Below are positions 8,027 through 15,417 of a DNA stretch of 64,000 nt, piece after piece. A program made the translations under genes and the position numbers. Under the pieces are notes generated by a model. It did not search any database. It saw only the letters and a program-made list of their open reading frames with translations, and had not been told where the DNA came from. How positions within the stretch are numbered: position 1 is the first letter of the stretch; each line of letters starts with the position of its first letter. This DNA is from Candidatus Omnitrophota bacterium. Its GTDB lineage: Bacteria > Omnitrophota > Gorgyraeia > Zapsychrales > Fredricksoniimonadaceae. The DNA is taken from NCBI GenBank assembly GCA_037131245.1, contig JBAXRK010000009.1, forward strand, positions 12,388 to 76,387, read 5' to 3'.

Positions 8027-9300
8027 ACCGTTGTTGGCTGATCATCCCTTCGTTGTTGTTCCTCTCCTCCTGCGCGGCCATGAGCGGCCCGAGGTTGCAG
8101 CCCGAGATCACCGGGCTTGTGGCCTCCGACCAGGTTAAGCTTGCCGTTGACAAGATCGAAGCTACCGAAGCGGATTACGGGCAGGGAAATTACCTTTTAT
8201 ATTATTTGGATCGCGGCCTGGTTGAGGCCTACGCCGGCCTACACGCGCAGAGCATCCAGAGTTTTGAGAAGGCCAAGCGGCGTTTTGAAGAGCTTTATAC
8301 CCAGTCGGTTTCAAAAGAAGCGGCCAGCTGGATCGGCAATGATTATGCGCTGCCGTATCGCGGGGCGGATTATGAGTATGTCTTTGTTAATGTTTTTCAG
8401 GCGTTGAATTATCTGGCTTCGGGTAATGTGAACGAAGCGTTGGTCGAGGCGCGTGATCTGGATTCCAAATACCAAGTGGTTGAGAAGCTGGCCGCTGGGG
8501 GTGGGAATCGCCGTTTTGAAGATAATGGTTTTGCCCGGATGTTCATGGGGTTTGTTAGCGAGGCGACAGGGCGGCCTGAGGACCGGGATAATGCCCGCAT
8601 CTTTTACCAACAGGCCGAGGCAGTTTATGCCCGGTATTACGGCGGTGGGTATGAGCCTCAGGTCCTTAAAGAGCGCCTGAATGCCGTGAGCGGGTGGAAC
8701 AGCGGCGACAACCGGGCGGTAGTTTATGTTCTTCAGCTGGCCGGTTTCGCGCCGGTGAAAGAGCAGTTATTTCTCCCGGTGCCGCTGGAAGATGGCGTTG
8801 TGGCGCAGGTGGCTTTTCCCAGGTTCGTGGCGCGGCCTTTTATGGCTCACCGGGGGATGGTCACAGCGGAAAATGCGGCCGGGGGCAGCGTGCGGGCGTC
8901 AACAGAGCTTGGGGTTAGTATCGCGGACCTGGCGGTGAAAGACCTGGAGTCGCGCAAGGCATTGGCACTTTCTAAAGCCGTCATCCGGCCCGCCTTGAAG
9001 TACATGGTTGAACATAAGCAGCAGGAAAATATTCAGAAGAAGTTCGGCCGGCCTGCCGGGCAGATCTTCGGGCTTATCAGCAGCCTTTATAATATTTATT
9101 CGGAGCGGGCGGACCTCAGGAGCTGGCAGTCCTTGCCGTCTGAGATCCGGGTGGCTCGCCTGGCCCTTGATCCGGGGAAATATCATATGCGTTTTGAGCA
9201 TTTGTCGGAAGACGGCGCCCTAGTGGGAACGGAAGAGCTGGGGGATATCAATTGTCTTTCGGGCCAGACTTATTTTCTGGTTAGCCGTGGACGCCGTTAA
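8023..9300 (+). CDS. Hypothetical large lipoprotein (helical/TPR-like N-half)
   Basis: The ORF track starts at 7969, inside the upstream gene. A TTG at 8023 gives a clean signal peptide with lipobox (LNRCWLIIPSLLFLSSC) and a 4-nt overlap with the lpoB-like stop. I cannot name a domain with confidence. Confidence 0.65.
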   Translation: MNRCWLIIPSLLFLSSCAAMSGPRLQPEITGLVASDQVKLAVDKIEATEADYGQGNYLLYYLDRGLVEAYAGLHAQSIQSFEKAKRRFEELYTQSVSKEAASWIGNDYALPYRGADYEYVFVNVFQALNYLASGNVNEALVEARDLDSKYQVVEKLAAGGGNRRFEDNGFARMFMGFVSEATGRPEDRDNARIFYQQAEAVYARYYGGGYEPQVLKERLNAVSGWNSGDNRAVVYVLQLAGFAPVKEQLFLPVPLEDGVVAQVAFPRFVARPFMAHRGMVTAENAAGGSVRASTELGVSIADLAVKDLESRKALALSKAVIRPALKYMVEHKQQENIQKKFGRPAGQIFGLISSLYNIYSERADLRSWQSLPSEIRVARLALDPGKYHMRFEHLSEDGALVGTEELGDINCLSGQTYFLVSRGRR

Positions 9301-9387
9301 TTTGAAGAAAATGCTTTTCCCGGCAGGGTCCGTTGGCTATAATCAAAGTTAAATTTGGTTGTTCCTTTTGTAATAAGTGAGGGGACT

Positions 9388-9609
9388 ATGCGGAAGTTAG
9401 GGACGATGGTGTTGATCTTAGTTGCTTTGGCTGGTTGCACGGGCACCCAGAAAGGGGCCACCATTGGCGGCCTTGCCGGGGCGGGTTTGGGTGCGATCAT
9501 CGGGTATCAGAGCGGGCATTTGGCTGAAGGCGCCTTGATCGGCGGCGCGGCCGGTGCGGCCGGCGGAGCCCTGACGGGCGACGCTATAGAAGATAAGAAG
9601 GATAAATAG
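9388..9609 (+). CDS. Small glycine-zipper lipoprotein
   Basis: The ATG at 9388 is preceded by gagggg; the ORF track start at 9355 is a TTG extension. The lipobox is LVALAGC, followed by the Gly-zipper GGLAGAGLGAIIGY...GGAAGAAGGALTG. Confidence 0.75.
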   Translation: MRKLGTMVLILVALAGCTGTQKGATIGGLAGAGLGAIIGYQSGHLAEGALIGGAAGAAGGALTGDAIEDKKDK

Positions 9610-9613
9610 ACCA

Positions 9614-10000
9614 GTGAGCATGAAGATCCTTATTGTTGATGATTCTTTGCTTGACCGTAAACTGCTGTCGAAGACCCTGATCAATTCAGGTGTCAAGAAT
9701 GAGATCTTGCAGGCGGATAACGGCGAGTCAGCGTTAGGTGTTATCGCCGAGCATCTCGACGAGATCTGCCTGATGTTCTGCGATTATCAGATGCCTAACA
9801 TGTCCGGGGTCGAGCTCATGGAAGGCCTGGTCAAGGTGCCGGCCACCTCCAAGATCCCGATCGTGATGGTCACGGCCTCCGCCACGGAAGACAGTAAGAA
9901 AGCAGCCTACGCGGTCAATCCGAACCTGGCCGGCTACGTGATCAAGCCTTACAAGCCTGATGAAGTCCTGGCGGTCATCAAACCGTATGTCCAATTCTAA
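9614..10000 (+). CDS. Stand-alone response-regulator receiver (CheY-like)
   Basis: The receiver residues are present: IVDDS (acidic pair), CDYQMPNMSG (phospho-Asp), VMVTAS (Thr) and VIKPY (Lys). There is no output domain. The start may be ATG 9620. Confidence 0.9.
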   Translation: MSMKILIVDDSLLDRKLLSKTLINSGVKNEILQADNGESALGVIAEHLDEICLMFCDYQMPNMSGVELMEGLVKVPATSKIPIVMVTASATEDSKKAAYAVNPNLAGYVIKPYKPDEVLAVIKPYVQF

Positions 10001-10586
10001 GTCCCCATTTGAGTTTGACGGCGAGAACAGGGAGCTTTATGACCTGTCGGTCCTCCTGGTGGCGGCAGTGCGCAAGGTGCTTAGCCAAAAGGGCGATATC
10101 CATCTTTCCCAAGAGCCGCGGATCTCCGAGAAAGAAACCATTCAGTTCGCCCACCGGATGCGCGTGGACGGCCTGGAGAAATTCAACGGCCGTACCCTGA
10201 TCGCGGCGCTCAATTTCTATATTGATAAAGAGCATATGGATCACGACAAAGCCCTTGGCGCCTTGATCGTGTATATCCCGGAGGATTATATCGCGCGTTT
10301 GATGTGGCTGCTGGAGTATGGCCGCATTGATGAGGACGATGAGGACGAGGTGCTTGACGCTTGCGGTACGGTGACCAATCTTATCGCGGGGTATTTTATC
10401 AAGGAGCTCAGCGGCCACGGTTATGTTCATCTGGAAATGGGGCATTTTACGACGTTTGTCAATTCGCCTCTTAATGGCATTGATTTTCATTCCCAGGAAA
10501 AGGTTAAACACGAGATGGAGATCTTCATTCGTGATGAAAAGCGCATGGTGCTGGAGCTCACGATGGGCCACGTGAAGAGGTACTAG
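9987..10586 (+). CDS. Hypothetical protein, possible CheC/CheX-like domain
   Basis: I prefer the ATG at 9987 (MSNSKSPFEF), which overlaps the upstream receiver gene by 14 nt. The C-half (GALIVYIPEDYIARLMWLL...DEVLDACGTVTNLIAGYFIKEL...EMEIFIRDEKRMVLELTM) resembles the CheX-family pattern. T replaces the catalytic E of the E-x-x-N motif. Confidence 0.45.
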   Translation: MSNSKSPFEFDGENRELYDLSVLLVAAVRKVLSQKGDIHLSQEPRISEKETIQFAHRMRVDGLEKFNGRTLIAALNFYIDKEHMDHDKALGALIVYIPEDYIARLMWLLEYGRIDEDDEDEVLDACGTVTNLIAGYFIKELSGHGYVHLEMGHFTTFVNSPLNGIDFHSQEKVKHEMEIFIRDEKRMVLELTMGHVKRY

Positions 10587-10587
10587 G

Positions 10588-10944
10588 ATGCGAAAAAAGA
10601 TCCTGATCGCCGATGATGACCCGACCTTGACCCGCCTGCTTGGCTCTTATCTGGGTGAGAACGGGTATGACACGGTGGTCGCTCATGACGGGGACGAGGC
10701 CTTGCGCAAGCTTGAGCAGGAGCTTCCCGACCTGATCATTCTCGACGTGGTGATGCCCAAGGTAAATGGGTACGCGTTCCTTTTTGCGATGCGGCAGATC
10801 GAAGGGGCCCGGACCACGCCGATCATTGTGTTGACCTGCAAACCGGAGCTGGCCGAGATCTTTTTGGCTGAGGGTGTGCAGGAGTATGTGATCAAGCCTT
10901 TTCCTCATCAGGAATTACTGCTAAAAGTCCGGAAGTATATTTGA
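10588..10944 (+). CDS. Stand-alone response-regulator receiver (CheY-like)
   Basis: The receiver residues are IADDD, LIILDVVMPKVNG, IIVLTCK and VIKPF. The gene starts 1 nt after the previous stop. Confidence 0.9.
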   Translation: MRKKILIADDDPTLTRLLGSYLGENGYDTVVAHDGDEALRKLEQELPDLIILDVVMPKVNGYAFLFAMRQIEGARTTPIIVLTCKPELAEIFLAEGVQEYVIKPFPHQELLLKVRKYI

Positions 10945-10973
10945 TACCGGGGTTAACAAAACGGAGCGTGCTT

Positions 10974-11606
10974 ATGATCATTTCCCGACAGATCCTTTCT
11001 CTTGCGTTGGTGGTGCTGGTGATCGCCGGTTTGAGCATTTATAAATTCGGCATTCAGAAAGCGTGGCATCCCGCCAAGATCAATATGTTCCAGCAGGGCC
11101 GGGTCAAGGGCGATCCAGCCGCGCCGGTCAAGATCGTGGAGTATACGGATTTTCAATGCCCGGCCTGCGCTGCCGCTAACACAGTGCTTGAGGACTTGTT
11201 CAAAAAGCATGAAGGCAAGATATCCCTGGAACATAAGCATTTCCCGTTGCCCCGGCATGCCCATTCCCTGCGGGCGTCGATCTTTGCCGAGTGTGCTGTT
11301 GAGCAAGGCAAGTTCTGGCCCATGCATGATGTGCTTTTTAAAAGCCAGAAGAGCTGGGAAGGGATGATCTCGGTGGATGCTTATTTTTCCGAGCTGGCGG
11401 TTTCGCTGGGCCTGGATGGGACACGCCTGGCCGCGTGCGTCAATAGTCCTGCTGCCGATGGCAAGGTAACCCGTGACAAGATCGCCGGCCAAACCCTGGA
11501 AGTCAACGCCACGCCAACATTCTTTATTAACGGCAAACGCGTGGTAGGCGGGAAATTCATGGCAGAGGAAGTGGAAAAGCTGCTGGCGGTGCCCGGAGGG
11601 AAGTGA
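10974..11606 (+). CDS. DsbA-family thiol:disulfide oxidoreductase, membrane-anchored
   Basis: The ATG at 10974 is preceded by a ggag RBS. An N-terminal TM/signal anchor is followed by a thioredoxin-fold CxxC (YTDFQCPACAAA). Confidence 0.85.
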   Translation: MIISRQILSLALVVLVIAGLSIYKFGIQKAWHPAKINMFQQGRVKGDPAAPVKIVEYTDFQCPACAAANTVLEDLFKKHEGKISLEHKHFPLPRHAHSLRASIFAECAVEQGKFWPMHDVLFKSQKSWEGMISVDAYFSELAVSLGLDGTRLAACVNSPAADGKVTRDKIAGQTLEVNATPTFFINGKRVVGGKFMAEEVEKLLAVPGGK

Positions 11607-11607
11607 C

Positions 11608-12051
11608 ATGTTCGTTGTGATCAGGCTGCTGCTCGGGGCCCTTTTTATTTTTTCCGGCGGAGAGAAGCTCCTGAAGCCCATGGAGGAATTTCTTTACGTG
11701 ATCGACGGGTATCAGGCGTTGCCTCAATGGGCGGAGCCGGCAGTCGCGCTGTTGTTCCCGTGGGTTGAGTTCTTTGCCGGGCTCTTTATCCTGTTGGGCT
11801 TCTGGCTGAGGCAGGCTTTGGCGGTTCTGCTGCTTTTGTCGGCCGCACTGGCCCTGATCGTCGGACAAGCCATCCTGCGTCATTTGCCGCTGGATAATTG
11901 CGGTTGTTTCGGCGAACTTATTCATCTTCCTTTGCACGGCGTGATCTTGATCGACCTGTCGGTCATCGCGTTGTCGGCACTATGCCTGGCTAACAGCACA
12001 AAGGCGTCGCGATACTCGCTCGATGCGTTCTATGCCCGGCCTAAAGCTTAA
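11608..12051 (+). CDS. MauE/DoxX-family redox-associated membrane protein
   Basis: It has four hydrophobic helices and the CGCFG motif (LPLDNCGCFGELI). It starts 1 nt after the dsbA stop. Confidence 0.7.
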   Translation: MFVVIRLLLGALFIFSGGEKLLKPMEEFLYVIDGYQALPQWAEPAVALLFPWVEFFAGLFILLGFWLRQALAVLLLLSAALALIVGQAILRHLPLDNCGCFGELIHLPLHGVILIDLSVIALSALCLANSTKASRYSLDAFYARPKA

Positions 12052-13516
12052 ACTTTTCCTGATCTTCCTGGGGTTGTGCGTGATGGGCAGGCCTTCGTTC
12101 GCTGATAATGATCTTAAAGAGGCTGGCCTGGCCGGCAGCTGGTATCCAGGGGCCTCAGGTGAGCTTTCCCGAATGGTCGATGGATATTTAAGCGCTGCTC
12201 CCGCGCCGGTGTCCGGCAAAACGGCGGGAGTGATCATTTCCCCTCATGCCGGGTATGTTTTTTCAGCGCCGGTTGCGGCGTACGGTTTTAAAGCGGCCAC
12301 TTCCCGGAACATTGCCACGGTCATTATTCTGGCGCCCAGTCATCATTTTTCTTTTGCCGGTATTTCGGTCTGGCCCCGGGGGGCTTTTGAAACGCCGCTC
12401 GGCCGGATCGAGGTTGACGCGGACCTGGCCGGCAAGCTTTTGGCCGCCGATAAGCGTTTTATTTTCCGGCGGGATGTATTTGACGGGGCGCGAGACCAGC
12501 CCGAGAATTCGGTGGAAACGCAATTACCGATGATCCAGCGGGTTTTTCCGAAAGCAAAGATCGTTCCTGTTATCGTGGGGTTTCCTCCGGATTTTGATGT
12601 TCTGCGCGCTTTGGCTGGCGCGCTGGCCGGTATCGTCGGCTCCCGGGAAGATGTTTTGGTCGATGTCAGCGTGGATCAGTCGCATTTTCATACCGAGGCG
12701 CAGGCGCATGAGATCGACGCGCGCGGCCTGAAAGCCATCGAGGCCATGGACGAACAGGCGTTGTGGCAGGGGCATCGTGACGGGTTAATGGAAGTGGATG
12801 GGTTCCATGTTGTAACGGCAGCCATGCTTTACGCGAAAGCACAGGGGTATAGCGCCGCGAAAGTGTTGAAGTACGCGACGTCGGCGGACGCCACCGGTGA
12901 TAAGGGTCGGGTCGTGGGGTATGCGTCGGTCGCCTTCTATAAAGATTCGGGAAGCGTGATGCCGGCGGGACTTAATGATGCCCAGCGGGCTCGTTTGCTG
13001 GGTGTGGCCCGTGCTACGCTGGAGTCTTTTGTCCGCACCGGTAAAGCGGCCGATGTTGCTGAAAATGATTCTCGCTTGAGCGCGGAGGAAGGCGCTTTTG
13101 TAACGTTGCATGCCCGCGGCCAGTTGCGTGGATGCATCGGGAACATTATTGGACAAGGCCCGCTGTATCTGACGGTGCGGGATATGGCCGTGGCCGCGGC
13201 ATCGCAAGACCCCCGTTTTTCGGCGGTCAGTGCCGGTGAGCTTAAGGATATTGCTATTGAGATCTCGGTCCTGTCGAAGCCGCGGGTCATTGCGAATACG
13301 GATGAGATAGTAATGGGGACGCATGGGGTTATTGTGTCGCGCGGTTTTTCCAACCGCGGGGTTTTCCTTCCGCAGGTGGCTACCGAGACCGGCTGGACCA
13401 AAGAGCGCTTCATGGCGGAGCTTTGTTCCCAGAAAGCCGGCCTTCCGCCAAATTGCTGGAAAGAGCCAGGGACAAGGATCGAAATATTCACCGCGGAAGT
13501 TTTCGGGGAGAAGTAA
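12023..13516 (+). CDS. Fusion of Memo-like (AmmeMemoRadiSam system protein B) and AMMECR1 (protein A) domains
   Basis: The N-half carries AGSWYPG...GVIISPHAGYVFSAPVAAYGF (Memo family). The C-half carries GAFVTLHARGQLRGCIGNI (AMMECR1 signature). The start is ambiguous. ATG 12023 or 12032 gives a Sec-type signal (LKLFLIFLGLCVMGRPSFA|DN), whereas ATG 12083 gives a cytoplasmic protein. Confidence 0.85.
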   Translation: MRSMPGLKLKLFLIFLGLCVMGRPSFADNDLKEAGLAGSWYPGASGELSRMVDGYLSAAPAPVSGKTAGVIISPHAGYVFSAPVAAYGFKAATSRNIATVIILAPSHHFSFAGISVWPRGAFETPLGRIEVDADLAGKLLAADKRFIFRRDVFDGARDQPENSVETQLPMIQRVFPKAKIVPVIVGFPPDFDVLRALAGALAGIVGSREDVLVDVSVDQSHFHTEAQAHEIDARGLKAIEAMDEQALWQGHRDGLMEVDGFHVVTAAMLYAKAQGYSAAKVLKYATSADATGDKGRVVGYASVAFYKDSGSVMPAGLNDAQRARLLGVARATLESFVRTGKAADVAENDSRLSAEEGAFVTLHARGQLRGCIGNIIGQGPLYLTVRDMAVAAASQDPRFSAVSAGELKDIAIEISVLSKPRVIANTDEIVMGTHGVIVSRGFSNRGVFLPQVATETGWTKERFMAELCSQKAGLPPNCWKEPGTRIEIFTAEVFGEK

Positions 13517-13534
13517 TAGAAAGAGGACATTGTT

Positions 13535-13768
13535 ATGGGAAAAAAGAATAATAGTAAACCGAAGAAAGAAGATGATGCCAAGAAGCCTTTTTTATCTGAT
13601 CGCCAGCGCAAGATCTTCGTTATCGTGATCCTGGCGATGTTCCTTCTGGTCCCGATCGTGGATAATTTCCGTTGCAAGGCCGAATGCCTCAAGAAGGTTA
13701 AGACGCCGTATCCCGAGATCGCCTGCCAGTATCAATGCCCCTGGCCCTGGGCCAGGATCGGCAAATGA
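13535..13768 (+). CDS. Small basic membrane protein with two CxxxC motifs
   Basis: An RBS agagga lies upstream. A Lys-rich N-terminus is followed by one TM (IFVIVILAMFLLVPIV) and the tail CKAEC...CQYQC. The stop overlaps the SEDS gene start (ATGA). Confidence 0.55.
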   Translation: MGKKNNSKPKKEDDAKKPFLSDRQRKIFVIVILAMFLLVPIVDNFRCKAECLKKVKTPYPEIACQYQCPWPWARIGK

Positions 13769-14871
13769 ATAACGCTGAAGGCCGCACGATATGGGTTTTC
13801 ACCGGCCTGATCATTGCGGTGGGCCTGGCCGCGCTTTATAGCGCGACCTACGAAAATGTGCGCGTGACCCGGCAGGTCTTCTACGATCAGCTGATCTGGT
13901 CGTTGATAGCGTTGGTTGTTATGTTCGTCCTTAGCCGCGTGAATTATCGTTTTTTTTACGATAGCGCCTATATCATTTATGGCTTGAGCGTGCTTCTTCT
14001 TCTGGCGGTTTTGTTCTCCGGCCGGTCGGCGCTGGGGGCAACGCGCTGGTTCAACCTGGGCTTCTTTTCTTTTCAACCTTCCGAGTTGTCAAAACTGGCG
14101 GTTGTGGTGATGCTGGCCCGTTATTTTAGTTCCAGCAATGAGCGTTTTTCGTTCAATGTCCGGGGGGCCATGAGCGCTGCCTGCCAGGACTTGCTGTTCC
14201 CGTTCATTCTTGTCCTGATCAGTTTCGTGTTGATCTTCAAGCAGCCTGACCTGGGGACGGCTTTACTGGTGATGGGGATCTTTATCATTATGGTTTATGC
14301 TTCGGGTGAGGAGATGAAGCCATTTGGTATTTTTTTAGGCGCTTGTACGGCTTTGATCCCGGTGGGTTGGATCTTTTTAATGAAGGACTATCAGCGGGAC
14401 CGGGTGCTGGTCTTTATGAATCCTAACGCCGATCCGTTGGGTGCCGGGTATACCATTATTCAATCGAGGATCGCGGTCGGTTCCGGGCAAATGTTCGGCA
14501 AGGGCTGGCTGGCCGGGACGCAGAACCAGTTGAATTTTCTTCCCGAACGGCACACGGATTTTATTTTTTCCGTTATCGGCGAAGAGTGGGGGTTCCTGGG
14601 GGCGATCTTCCTGATCGTTTGTTATTTCATGCTGATCTGGACCGGGCTGCAGATCGCGGAACGGGTGAAGGATCGTTTTGGGCATATGATGGCTGTCGGG
14701 ATCGTCAGCATCCTGGCTTTGCAGGTTGTTATTAACATCAGCATGACCATCGGTCTAAGCCCGGTGGTCGGGATCACACTGCCGCTGATCAGCTACGGCC
14801 GTACCTCGTTCATGATCTTTGCCGTGCTTATCGGGATCATGCTCAATTTAAGTTCGCGTCGTTCCGCTTGA
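13765..14871 (+). CDS. SEDS-family peptidoglycan glycosyltransferase (FtsW/RodA/SpoVE)
   Basis: I prefer the start at ATG 13765 (MNNAEGRTIWVF...). It is polytopic, with the family motifs FQPSELSKLAVV, NQLNFLPERHTDFIFSVIGEEWGF and ITLPLISYG. Confidence 0.9.
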   Translation: MNNAEGRTIWVFTGLIIAVGLAALYSATYENVRVTRQVFYDQLIWSLIALVVMFVLSRVNYRFFYDSAYIIYGLSVLLLLAVLFSGRSALGATRWFNLGFFSFQPSELSKLAVVVMLARYFSSSNERFSFNVRGAMSAACQDLLFPFILVLISFVLIFKQPDLGTALLVMGIFIIMVYASGEEMKPFGIFLGACTALIPVGWIFLMKDYQRDRVLVFMNPNADPLGAGYTIIQSRIAVGSGQMFGKGWLAGTQNQLNFLPERHTDFIFSVIGEEWGFLGAIFLIVCYFMLIWTGLQIAERVKDRFGHMMAVGIVSILALQVVINISMTIGLSPVVGITLPLISYGRTSFMIFAVLIGIMLNLSSRRSA

Positions 14872-14897
14872 GCTGGCCTTCAAAAACGACGGTTGAA

Positions 14898-14926
14898 TTG
14901 ACATATAATACTAATTTAAGTAAAGT
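14898..14926 (+). promoter_or_regulatory. Candidate sigma70 promoter for the pilus motor operon
   Basis: TTGACA (14898-14903), a 17-nt spacer, then TAAAGT (14921-14926), in an AT-rich gap. A TATAAT directly abuts the -35, so other registers are possible. Confidence 0.35.
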
Positions 14927-14967
14927 ATGGCGTTGGTAATCAGTTAAATGAGTTTTGGCGGGATTAC

Positions 14968-15417
14968 ATGCGCTACGAACGGGCTTCTAATAAGCATCTG
15001 GGCGAGTTACTGGTGGAACGCGGGCTGATCGCTCGCGACCATCTTGATAAGGCCCTGGAGTATCAGCAGACCCATCCGGACGTTCTTTTCGGCGAGGCTC
15101 TCATCAAGCTGGGCTTCGCGTCCGAGGAGGATATCGCCCAGGCGCTGACCTGCCAGTACGGGTTTCCCTACCTTCCTTTATCCAATTATGAGATCGACGT
15201 TGAAGTCGCCAGGTCCGTCCCGGGGAATGTGTGCGAGCAGTTTTGCCTGATCCCTATCGACAAGATCGGTAAAAGTTTGACCCTGGCGATGTCGAACCCC
15301 TTGAACATGAAAGCGGTCGACAGTATCGAGCTACTGACCGGCTGCACGGTGCAGGCTTTTGTCAGCACGACTACGGATATTCGCAACGCTATTAAAAGAT
15401 ACTATAGCGGGGATTAA
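14968..15417 (+). CDS. Stand-alone T2SSE_N / MshEN-type domain protein
   Basis: This 149-aa protein is entirely the N-terminal domain type found on GspE/PilB/MshE ATPases: HLGELLVERGLIARDHLDKALEYQ, LFGEALIKLGFASEEDIAQALTCQ, then CLIPIDKIGKSLTLAMSNPLN. It has no ATPase core. Confidence 0.8.
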   Translation: MRYERASNKHLGELLVERGLIARDHLDKALEYQQTHPDVLFGEALIKLGFASEEDIAQALTCQYGFPYLPLSNYEIDVEVARSVPGNVCEQFCLIPIDKIGKSLTLAMSNPLNMKAVDSIELLTGCTVQAFVSTTTDIRNAIKRYYSGD

